64,000 bases of DNA from Acidimicrobiales bacterium (GTDB taxonomy: Bacteria > Actinomycetota > Acidimicrobiia > Acidimicrobiales > DATDAH01). Positions 18,988 to 27,433 of this stretch are shown in pieces (within the stretch, counting starts at the first letter, position 1; every line of letters starts with the position of its first letter). The DNA lies in NCBI GenBank assembly GCA_044221555.1, contig JBGAOY010000003.1, positions 282,241-346,240 on the forward strand, given 5' to 3'. The notes under the pieces are model-generated. The model made no database searches. It saw only the letters and a list, made by a program, of their open reading frames with translations, and was not told the DNA's origin. Position numbers and translations under genes: made by a program.

Positions 18988-19812
18988 TCAGGCCGCGGTT
19001 GACGGCACCTCCTCCGAAGAGCGCTGCCTTCGGAGTCGGAGGATCAGGATCACGCCGGAGACGACGATGGCCGTCAGGCTTGTCCAGATGTTGACGCGAA
19101 CGCCCAGGATCAGCGAGGCAGGGTCGATGCGCAACGCTTCGATCCACAAGCGTCCGGTGAAATAGCCGCCGACGTAGACCCACAGCAAGCTGCCGCGCGG
19201 CAGCAGTCGCCGGCGATCGAGCCAGATGAGCAGGCCGCAGAGAGCCAGGTTCCACAGACCTTCGTACAGGAACGTCGGGTGGAACGTGGCGACGGTCTCG
19301 TAGCCACGGGGGCGGTTCGCGGGGTCGATCCGCAGCGCCCACGGGAGGTTCGTCGGTCGACCGAACAGCTCCTGGTTGAACCAGTTGCCGAGGCGGCCGA
19401 TGGCCTGCGCGAGTGGGACTGCGGGGATCGCGGCATCGATGAGCTCGGGGAGCGGCATCCGGTGCCGTTTCGCGTACCACACCGCCACCAACGTTCCCGC
19501 CAGCAGACCACCGGGTATGCCAAGGCCGCCGTTCCAGATCTCGAGCGCTGCCGACCAGCGGCCTTCATAGCGCTGGTAGTCGGTGATCACGTGGTAGAGA
19601 CGTGCCCCGATGAGGCCGGCGGGCACGGCCCACAACGCCATGCTGCTGATCTCGTCAGCGTCGTGGCCACAAGCAGCCCAACGCCGGCGAGCCAGAGCGA
19701 CGGCGGCGATCACTCCGAGGGCGATGGCCAGGCCGTAGGCGCGGAGGTGCAAGGGACCCACGACGAGCTCGTTGGTGGACGGGCTCGGCAACGCGCCGAG
19801 GACCGCGTTCAC
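18988..19812 (-). CDS. lgt: Prolipoprotein diacylglyceryl transferase
   Basis: RAYG, GARLYHV, QAIGRLGNWFNQELFG, HPTFLYE. Confidence 0.95.
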   Translation of the reverse strand: MNAVLGALPSPSTNELVVGPLHLRAYGLAIALGVIAAVALARRRWAACGHDADEISSMALWAVPAGLIGARLYHVITDYQRYEGRWSAALEIWNGGLGIPGGLLAGTLVAVWYAKRHRMPLPELIDAAIPAVPLAQAIGRLGNWFNQELFGRPTNLPWALRIDPANRPRGYETVATFHPTFLYEGLWNLALCGLLIWLDRRRLLPRGSLLWVYVGGYFTGRLWIEALRIDPASLILGVRVNIWTSLTAIVVSGVILILRLRRQRSSEEVPSTAA

Positions 19813-20438
19813 GCGTCGACCTTCCCGCTGTTCGCGTCACTCGCGGTCGCGTCGGCCTCGGCCTTCACGGCACGGAACCTCATCCACTGGTTTCCCCGTG
19901 CCGGCGAAACCTCGACCGAGCCGAACCCCGCCATCGTCAGGCCGTCCCGTAGCCCGTCGGCAGAAAGCAGTTCCACGACCGATCGGTCGACCTGGTGGAA
20001 CCAGCGAGCGATCGCACTGCGGGTCAGGTCGTAGCCGACAAGTGCGCCACCGGGTCGCAGGACCCGGTGTGCCTCCGCGAGGGCATGTCGCCAGTCGACC
20101 ACGTGGTGGAGCATGAGGAAGCTCGCCACCGCGTCGAAGGACCCATCGCCGAAGGGCAGCGCGGTCACGTCGGCGACCTCGACCGTCGAGTCGGTGCCCT
20201 TCAGCCGCCGCCGCGCGGCGTCGACCATCGCGGCGTCGACGTCGGTCAGCGTGAGGTCGATGTCTGGCGCCCTGCGAAGCAAGACCTCGGCCATCGCACC
20301 AGACCCGCCGCCGATCTCGAGGACCCGGCCTGAGATGGGCATGCCGGACAGCATCCAGGGCAGCACGACCCGTCCGGCGAACGCCCGCCACGGTGCGCTC
20401 CTGCACAAGATGGCTTCTGCGCTCGACATCACCGGCAT
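19809..20438 (-). CDS. Class I SAM-dependent methyltransferase
   Basis: VLEIGGGSG, LPFGDGSFD, RVLRPGG. Confidence 0.9.
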   Translation of the reverse strand: MPVMSSAEAILCRSAPWRAFAGRVVLPWMLSGMPISGRVLEIGGGSGAMAEVLLRRAPDIDLTLTDVDAAMVDAARRRLKGTDSTVEVADVTALPFGDGSFDAVASFLMLHHVVDWRHALAEAHRVLRPGGALVGYDLTRSAIARWFHQVDRSVVELLSADGLRDGLTMAGFGSVEVSPARGNQWMRFRAVKAEADATASDANSGKVDA

Positions 20439-20538
20439 GATCTGTTCACCTCTCGTCGGCGCCCATGGGAGATTCTACGACATCGTGTCGTTTGTGCGAC
20501 GCCGCCAGGTCACCGCTGCGCGAGGGTCCTCCTATAGG

Positions 20539-21516
20539 TCACGTCGGCCCGCTCGACGCCTCCGCGAACCGGCCGAGGTTCGGGCCGTCGGGGTCTCTTG
20601 GAGCTCCGTCGGCGAGCAGCCCGAACACACCAGCGATGACCCCCCACATCAGCGCGATGCTGCCGAGCGCGAACAACCGGAAGTGCCAGATCACCGTGGA
20701 GAAGGCGTGGGGGACGAGGTGAGTGGTGTCGACGGCCACGGGGGTTCCGGCCAGATCCGACGGCTGCTCCAAGGCTGCCAGATCGAGTGGTTCAGCAGGA
20801 TCGTTCGGATCGCGCAGTGACTCGTCGCCCGTGGCGCGCGCCGTCGACAGCAGGCGGTCGAGGACCTCGGTCGGCGCATCGCCGGCGACGACCAGTGCCG
20901 GGGTTGCCTCATTGGTCAAGGGAACGACCGGGTCTGGGCTCGCCGGCCACAGGAGCATCAACGCCGAGACCATGAGCACGAACCCACTCCCCCCGATCAG
21001 GTAGCGCCCCGGCCCCGACCAACCCCGGCTCGTGAGCCACTCCCACAGGTACAAGGCCAGGAGCACCACCAGGACGGACGCGGCGATCAACAGCAGGTAC
21101 TCGAGCGTGCGAGTCTCGATGGTGTCCGGGTTGCCCACCGCCGGCGGGTTGGGCGGGTACTTGAGGGCGGGGATGAGCGTGAGGGCGACGAAGGCGCCGA
21201 TGGAGACCTTCAGCCCGCGCTCGAACTCGCTCCGCCCTCGGAGGCGGTGGTGCAGGGCGCTCACCGTGACGCCGAGCACGACGCCCATGAGCAGCCCGAA
21301 CAGGACCGTGGCGAGCATGCCGCCTCCCTGCTGAGCCGATCGGCTGAAGAGTGCCGGGTCGCCGGGGGGAAGCCCGAGTTGAGACGCTTCCTCGAAGTCG
21401 AGCGCCTTGTGGATCTGGGTCTCGGTGACCAGGCGGACGAAGACGGCCGCGACCACTCCTCCTGCCGCTCCCGCGGCAAGCCCGCGACCGATGAAGAACT
21501 TGGCATTCTTGGACAT
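20539..21516 (-). CDS. cbtA: CbtA-family putative cobalt transporter
   Basis: RGLAAG, ALDFEE, PALKYPPNPPAVG, WHFRL; lies downstream of a B12 riboswitch. Confidence 0.85.
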   Translation of the reverse strand: MSKNAKFFIGRGLAAGAAGGVVAAVFVRLVTETQIHKALDFEEASQLGLPPGDPALFSRSAQQGGGMLATVLFGLLMGVVLGVTVSALHHRLRGRSEFERGLKVSIGAFVALTLIPALKYPPNPPAVGNPDTIETRTLEYLLLIAASVLVVLLALYLWEWLTSRGWSGPGRYLIGGSGFVLMVSALMLLWPASPDPVVPLTNEATPALVVAGDAPTEVLDRLLSTARATGDESLRDPNDPAEPLDLAALEQPSDLAGTPVAVDTTHLVPHAFSTVIWHFRLFALGSIALMWGVIAGVFGLLADGAPRDPDGPNLGRFAEASSGPT

Positions 21517-21544
21517 CGCTGCTCCATCCACTCGTGGTTTCGGT

Positions 21545-21700
21545 GCAGCAGGTCTCCTGGCTCCCAGATCGATGCTTGGCTGCGCCTTCCCAGGGACGGG
21601 ACGAATCCCGGCACCCCAGTGGCTGCGTGCAACGTCGCTCCCTGGTCACAGTGGCGAGGACCGCGCCGGACTTCCACCGGCTTCCCTCACCGCGAATGCA
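21545..21700 (-). ncRNA. Cobalamin riboswitch
   Basis: Minus strand AGGGAAGCCGGTGGAAGTCCGGCGCGGTCCTCGCCACTGTGA...GCCACTG...GGGAAGGC...GAGCCAGGAGACCTGC (B12 box). Confidence 0.93.
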
Positions 21701-21889
21701 ACGCTAGCCGGGCGTACACACCGCCGACCACCCGGCGACGAGGTGGGCGAGGCGCCCCCGTACGAACTTGGGCGAACCGGTGAGACGCCGTTCACCCGGC
21801 CCGGGCGAGAGGGTCCAATGGCCCTAGTGCTACAGCGAGTAGGAGTCCATCCTTCTCCTCATCGACCACATCGAGGAAGGGATCCGATC

Positions 21890-22153
21890 ATGATGTACTG
21901 GAACGGCTCGGGGGACTGGGGCTGGGCGGCCTGGTTGGCGATGGGTTTCATGATGCTTCTCTTCTGGGGGGTCGTCCTCGGCGCCGTCGTCGTGCTAGCA
22001 CGGGGTGCACTCCCCGGAGCGGCGAGACCAGACGTCGCCGGCCCGGAGCGTCTCCTCGCTGAACGCTTCGCCCGTGGCGAGATCGACACCGATGAGTACC
22101 ACGCCCGGTTGGCGGCGCTTCGCACGGGGCCGGGCACCAAGCCACCAGGTTGA
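21890..22153 (+). CDS. SHOCT-domain membrane protein
   Basis: MMYW...TM...LLAERFARGEIDTDEY; BlaI-type box at 21828-21844. Confidence 0.85.
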   Translation: MMYWNGSGDWGWAAWLAMGFMMLLFWGVVLGAVVVLARGALPGAARPDVAGPERLLAERFARGEIDTDEYHARLAALRTGPGTKPPG

Positions 22154-22238
22154 CAGACAGCCGGGCGTCGGGCAGCCGGTAGTCTCCTACAGCCCGTCGT
22201 AGCTCGTTCTCCCCACGTTCGGCCCCCAAGGAGCATCC

Positions 22239-23768
22239 ATGTCCGCGCCGTTGCGCATCGACCGCCGCCGGTTCCTCCAACTGACCGGCGCCGGCCTCGT
22301 GTTCGTGGCAGGCTGCGCGAGCTCGGACACCACCGCCGCGCCGACCCGTCCGACGGTGGGACCCACCGATCCGGTGGTGGCCGCCGTCGAGCGGGCTCGA
22401 GCGAGGCCCGGGGCCTCGGTGACGAGGTTCGATCTCCGTGCGTCTCCGGCCACGATCGACCTTGGCGGCCGTCAGGTCGACACGTGGGCCTACAACGGTG
22501 GTGTGCCCGGCCCGGAGTTGCGGGTGACCGAGGGCGACGTGCTCGAGGTCGCGGTGCGCAACGACCTCCCCGAAGCCACCACCATCCACTGGCACGGCGT
22601 GGCTCTGCGCAACGACATGGACGGCGTGCCCGACCTCACGGGCGCGTCCATCGACCCGGGGGCGTCGTTCACCTACCACTTCACCGTCCCCGACGCCGGC
22701 ACGTACTGGTTTCACCCCCACATGGGCCTCCAACTCGATCGGGCCCTGTATGCCCCCCTCGTCGTCGAAGAACGAGCGGGCCCGGGCGATTACGACGTCG
22801 ACCAGGTCGTGGTGCTCGACGACTGGCTCGACGGGGTGACCGGCACGCCGGAAGACATCTACGCCGGCCTTGCTGGCATGACATCGATGGGATCGGGCGG
22901 GATGAGCGGCATGGGCGGCATGAGCAGCCAGCGCGGCACGGGGATGTACCAATCCGATCTGTTGGGGGGCGATGCCGGCGATGTGGGCTACCCCTTGCAC
23001 TTGCTCAACGGTCGGCCGGTGTCGGATCCGCCTACCGTCCGCGTGCCGGCAGGCGGACGGGCCCGACTGCGGCTGATCAACGCGGGATCTGACACTGCCT
23101 ACCGCGTTGCCCTCGGCGGTCACCGCATGACGGTCACCCATGCCGACGGGTTCCCTGTGAAGCCGGTGGAGGTCGAGGCTGTGCTGCTCGGGATGGGGGA
23201 GCGCTACGACGTCTTGGTGCAGCCCCGCTCGGGTGCCTGGCCTCTGGTCGCGCTCGCCGAGGGGAAGGACCGGACGGCCATGGCGGTGGTCCGAACGGCG
23301 GGTGCGGGATCGACTGCACCGCCGTCATCCAACGTCCGACCGTCAGAGCTCGACGGCCGCCTCCTCCGCTATCGGGATCTCCGAGCGACCGAGTCGGTGC
23401 GACTCGGACGTCGCGAACCGGACCTCGAGCAGGTCGTGCGGATCACGGGTTCGATGATGCCGTATGACTGGTCCTTCGATGGTGTGGCGTTCCCGCAACA
23501 CCCGCACCTCGAGGTCGAACACGGCCAACGGGTTCGGCTCACGTTCGACAACACCTCGCCGATGTGGCACCCGATCCACGTGCACGGCCACACGTTCCGC
23601 CTCGGCGAGGCGCCGAGCGGACCCCGCAAGGACACCGTCAACGTGCTGCCGGGGGAGCGCGTAGTCGTCGAGCTCGACGCCGACAACCCTGGCCAGTGGA
23701 TGGCCCACTGCCACAACACGTACCACCTCGAGCGTGGCATGGCCTTGGTCATGTCGTACGTGACCTGA
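22239..23768 (+). CDS. Multicopper oxidase, Tat lipoprotein (MmcO/CueO-like)
   Basis: RRRFL, VAGC, HWHG, WFHPH, HPIHVHGH, HCHNTYHLERGM; BlaI-type box at 22185-22201. Confidence 0.95.
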   Translation: MSAPLRIDRRRFLQLTGAGLVFVAGCASSDTTAAPTRPTVGPTDPVVAAVERARARPGASVTRFDLRASPATIDLGGRQVDTWAYNGGVPGPELRVTEGDVLEVAVRNDLPEATTIHWHGVALRNDMDGVPDLTGASIDPGASFTYHFTVPDAGTYWFHPHMGLQLDRALYAPLVVEERAGPGDYDVDQVVVLDDWLDGVTGTPEDIYAGLAGMTSMGSGGMSGMGGMSSQRGTGMYQSDLLGGDAGDVGYPLHLLNGRPVSDPPTVRVPAGGRARLRLINAGSDTAYRVALGGHRMTVTHADGFPVKPVEVEAVLLGMGERYDVLVQPRSGAWPLVALAEGKDRTAMAVVRTAGAGSTAPPSSNVRPSELDGRLLRYRDLRATESVRLGRREPDLEQVVRITGSMMPYDWSFDGVAFPQHPHLEVEHGQRVRLTFDNTSPMWHPIHVHGHTFRLGEAPSGPRKDTVNVLPGERVVVELDADNPGQWMAHCHNTYHLERGMALVMSYVT

Positions 23769-23812
23769 CCGAAATGGTCACACCCGGCGCAGGGGAGCGG
23801 ACGAGCGGTCGG

Positions 23813-24238
23813 TCAACGGTCGAGATCCCAGTTGACGTTCACGGGTTCGGGGAGCCCGGGGACGGTGAGGATCGCGGTCCCGGTGGCCGGTCCGCCCGGC
23901 TCGAAGCTCAGCTCACCTTCGCGGTGGTGACCTCCCGGCCCGTCGCCGGACCAGGCGTCAACTGCCCACGCCGAGCCATCGACCGTCAGCGTGGCGAGCG
24001 TGAGGTCGGCGGACAGATCCTCGGAATGGGTGTCGAGCGCGACGTTGAAGACGGCACCGGCGTCATCGATCCGCACCGGCTCGATGCGGACCTCGACCTC
24101 GCCGGCTGAGATCTCCTGTGCTTGCAGCCCAGAGGTGGTGTCGGTGCCGGGGTCTGGGTCCCCACCCCGGTTGACCAGGTAGATGGCGCCACCGACGAGG
24201 ACGATGGCGATGATCGCGACGGTCAGGCGGCGGCGCAT
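23813..24238 (-). CDS. Exported hypothetical protein with His motifs
   Basis: N-terminal TM; LDTHSEDL and GGHHREG. Confidence 0.7.
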   Translation of the reverse strand: MRRRLTVAIIAIVLVGGAIYLVNRGGDPDPGTDTTSGLQAQEISAGEVEVRIEPVRIDDAGAVFNVALDTHSEDLSADLTLATLTVDGSAWAVDAWSGDGPGGHHREGELSFEPGGPATGTAILTVPGLPEPVNVNWDLDR

Positions 24239-24735
24239 GCCTCGACCTCCTCGTGTCGTTGCCGCTGAACATCGGTCGTGCGCTCGAGCCTGTGGGCGGC
24301 GATGGCGATGCCGACGGCGTTCACGCCGATGCCGATGACCATGAAGGCGATCCGGTAGTCGGTCAGGAACGCGGCGGCGCCCGTGGCGCCGATGAAGGGG
24401 AGGAGATCGGCGAGGTGGTGGGCGCAGCACGCCACCATCCCGACGGTCGAGGCGCCTGCCCCTGCTCCGCCCGCCACGGCGACATCGTGCTGGAGTCGCT
24501 GGCGATGGCGCAGCTCGGCCAGGAGCGCGACCTGGACACTGAAGCCAGCCAGGATGGCCAAGAGGTAGTACCAGTCCTGGCGGGCCTGGTCGGCCAGGTG
24601 CTCCCACGAGCCCGATGCGCCGACCACGACGATCACGTAGAAGAGGGCCATGCCGGCGCCTGCGAGCGCCCCTGCACGGAGGGAGCGGCCACTCAGATGG
24701 GCATTCGCTGGTCGGCGGTCGAGGCTGTCGGTCAT
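24223..24735 (-). CDS. Four-TM membrane protein with ACCAHH motif
   Basis: GMVACCAHHLAD; GAAAGGAAG upstream of the ATG. Confidence 0.75.
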   Translation of the reverse strand: MTDSLDRRPANAHLSGRSLRAGALAGAGMALFYVIVVVGASGSWEHLADQARQDWYYLLAILAGFSVQVALLAELRHRQRLQHDVAVAGGAGAGASTVGMVACCAHHLADLLPFIGATGAAAFLTDYRIAFMVIGIGVNAVGIAIAAHRLERTTDVQRQRHEEVEACAAA

Positions 24736-24900
24736 GGTCTTCCTTTCGCTGTCCTGATCATCGGCGGTGGCAGACATCCCGCCATCCGCAGGGCTTACGG
24801 AAACGTCGCTGCGGGCGAATACGTACGGGACCACGGGAAGCTCGTTGGGCTGCGGCACGACCTCCGACACCGTGTCGTGGGTGACGGATAGGCTCGGCTT

Positions 24901-26118
24901 GTGCCTGCAAGCGCCGACGCTCGCTTGGACGCGCTGCTGGCCTCGGCCCTCGAGCTTTCCGCCGAACATGACGTGGACCAGATCTTGGATCGGGTCGTCC
25001 GTTGCGCCGCGACCGTTGCCGGCGCCGGGTACGTTGCGGTGGGTGTGTACGGCCCCACCGGCCGCATCGAGCGCTTCGTCCATCACGGGCTCGATGCCGC
25101 TGCGGTGGATCGCATTGGGGCGCTTCCGGAAGGTCGGGGCCTGCTGGGGGAAGTGATCGTGGCCGAGGGCCCCATCCGCCTCGCCGACCTGAGCGCCGAC
25201 TCCCGGTCATGCGGGTTCCCTCCCCAGCACCCGCCGATGCGGACCTTCCTCGGCGTCCCCGTCGGGATCGCCGGGCGCCGCTACGGGAACCTCTACCTGA
25301 CCGAGAAGCTCGGCGGCCAGGAGTTCGATGACGACGACGAGCACCTCGTCGTCACGCTGGCGGCGTTCGCCGCATGTGCCATCGAGGCCGCGCATCTCGT
25401 CGCGGCCGAGCGCGACAGAGCCGCCGCCATGGCCGAGCTCGCGGCTGCGCAGGAGCGGGCGCGGACCCAGCGAGAGGTCCTGGCTCTGGTGATCGACGCC
25501 CAAGAGGCCGAGCGGGCGCGGGTGTCCCGTGACCTCCACGACCAGATCGGCCAGGCGCTCACGTCGGTGCTGCTCGGTCTGCGCCTGGTCGATGGGTCGC
25601 TTCCGGAGGGCCGGGGCGATCTTGGTGAAGTTCGCGAGCGCACTGGTGAGGTCCGGGAGCTCGTGGCGCAGGCCCTCGACGAGGTCCGCCAGCTCGCCTT
25701 CGACCTGCGCCCCACGGTGCTCGACGACGTGGGCCTCCTCGCGGCCGTCAGTCGTTTGGCCGACGACCTCACTCGTCGGTCGGGGACCCGTGTCCAGCTG
25801 GCTCTGGCCGATCTGGACGACGAGAGCCGCCTGCCCGCTGAGGTCGAAACGGTCGTGTACCGGGTCGTGCAAGAGGCACTGACCAACACTGCCCGCCATG
25901 CCGAGGCCTCGCTCGCGACGGTCGCCATCGAGGTCGACGCCAGGGCTGTGAGGGCCACGGTCACCGATGACGGCATCGGGTTCTCGGTGGGCGACGGCTC
26001 CCCACGCTCGCTCGGGCTGGCCGGCATGGTCGAGCGGGCCGCGCTGATCGGCGGTCAGGTGCAGATCGAGTCCACTCCCTCGACCGGTACGGCGGTGCTG
26101 CTCGAGGTCCCGCGATGA
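24901..26118 (+). CDS. Soluble GAF histidine kinase (HisKA_3)
   Basis: GFPPQHPPMRTFLGVP GAF; ERARVSRDLHD; QEALTN...DDGIG...GLAGM. Confidence 0.92.
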   Translation: MPASADARLDALLASALELSAEHDVDQILDRVVRCAATVAGAGYVAVGVYGPTGRIERFVHHGLDAAAVDRIGALPEGRGLLGEVIVAEGPIRLADLSADSRSCGFPPQHPPMRTFLGVPVGIAGRRYGNLYLTEKLGGQEFDDDDEHLVVTLAAFAACAIEAAHLVAAERDRAAAMAELAAAQERARTQREVLALVIDAQEAERARVSRDLHDQIGQALTSVLLGLRLVDGSLPEGRGDLGEVRERTGEVRELVAQALDEVRQLAFDLRPTVLDDVGLLAAVSRLADDLTRRSGTRVQLALADLDDESRLPAEVETVVYRVVQEALTNTARHAEASLATVAIEVDARAVRATVTDDGIGFSVGDGSPRSLGLAGMVERAALIGGQVQIESTPSTGTAVLLEVPR

Positions 26119-26774
26119 CCGGCTCCATCCGGGTGGCGCTCTGCGACGACCACGCGATCGTGCGCAGTGGCCTGGGTCGGATCCTCCTCGAGGAGCCCGA
26201 CTTCGAGGTCGTCGGCGATGCGGGCACCGCGCTGGAGGCGGTCGCGCTCGCCGAGGCCCACCTGCCCGACGTGTTCGTCATGGACCTCGGCCTGCCCGAC
26301 CTCAGCGGCGTCGAGGCGACCCGGCGCGTCGTCGCGGTCAGCCCACAGACGAAGGTCCTGGTCCTCACCGTGCACGACGATGTCGGCTACCTCCGCAAGG
26401 CGTTTGCCGCAGGAGCTCACGGCTATCTGGTCAAGGACGCCGCCGACGTCGAGCTCGTGCTCGCGATCCGCGAGCTCGCGGCGGGAAACGAGTACGTCCA
26501 CCCCCGCTTGGGGGCCGCCCTTCTCGATTCGGCCGCGTCGGTGCGCGCCGGAGGCCCTGGGGGTGAGCTCTCCGAACGGGAGTTGGACGTCTTGCGCCTC
26601 GTCGCCCTCGGCTACACGAACGCCGAGATCGCCGCCGAGCTGTACGTGTCGGTGCGGACGGTCGAGACGCACCGTGCCCACGTCCAGCAGAAGCTCGACC
26701 TCAAAGCCCGCGCTGACCTCGTGCGCTACGCCCGCGAGCACGATCTGCTCGACGAGGACGGCAAGAACCGGTAG
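26115..26774 (+). CDS. NarL/LuxR response regulator
   Basis: DDHAIVR, VMDLGLP, LSERELDVL...SVRTVETH. Confidence 0.95.
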   Translation: MTGSIRVALCDDHAIVRSGLGRILLEEPDFEVVGDAGTALEAVALAEAHLPDVFVMDLGLPDLSGVEATRRVVAVSPQTKVLVLTVHDDVGYLRKAFAAGAHGYLVKDAADVELVLAIRELAAGNEYVHPRLGAALLDSAASVRAGGPGGELSERELDVLRLVALGYTNAEIAAELYVSVRTVETHRAHVQQKLDLKARADLVRYAREHDLLDEDGKNR

Positions 26775-26908
26775 CTGGCAGGGCGAGCTCGGCGAGGATC
26801 CCGCGTGCTGGACCGGCACGCACCCAGGTGTTGTGGTGGCAGACCACAGGCCCGCATCCGTACTCCTCCCGGATGGCGTTGATCGCCGGCTCCGTCACCA
26901 TTGGTGTC

Positions 26909-27433
26909 ATGCCCTACGATCACCACGCTGGCGACCTGTTGCCGGTCCCGGCGGCCGACTGCCCGTCGCACCTGACCGTGCCGGTGATCCTCGATGCCAT
27001 CCGACACCCGGTGATGCGTCGCTGGAGCTACGAGCTCCTTGTGAGCGAGCGTGGTTGTTGGACGGTTGCTCAAGCAGCACCCGGTGAGATGTTGGCCGCC
27101 GCGATCACCCGCAGCGAACCTGACGTGGTCATCGTCGACACCGTCGACTTCCCGGCCTGCTGCCAGGCGACCCTCGACACCCTGCCGCCGGGGCATGTCA
27201 TCGTCATCGGTCCTGAGCCTGACGCGGCGTACCGGTCCGCAGCCATGGCCCAAGGGGCCGCGGGTTGGATCAGCCGGGAGGACGTCGGCGGCGAGCTGGG
27301 CCCTGCTGTTCGTCGTGCCCTCGGCTGCCCATCCCAGGTCTGCCCCGAGGAGACGGCCTTGCCTGCCCAAGCAGGGCGAGCAGGGAAGGCCTCGCCAGCT
27401 CAGTCTGCCCGAAACGGAGGTTCGTCGAGATGA
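26909..27433 (+). CDS. Degenerate Cys-rich receiver-like protein
   Basis: PDVVIVD...[10 protein letters not shown] receiver signature; several Cys; stop overlaps the ATPase ATG; start uncertain. Confidence 0.55.
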   Translation: MPYDHHAGDLLPVPAADCPSHLTVPVILDAIRHPVMRRWSYELLVSERGCWTVAQAAPGEMLAAAITRSEPDVVIVDTVDFPACCQATLDTLPPGHVIVIGPEPDAAYRSAAMAQGAAGWISREDVGGELGPAVRRALGCPSQVCPEETALPAQAGRAGKASPAQSARNGGSSR

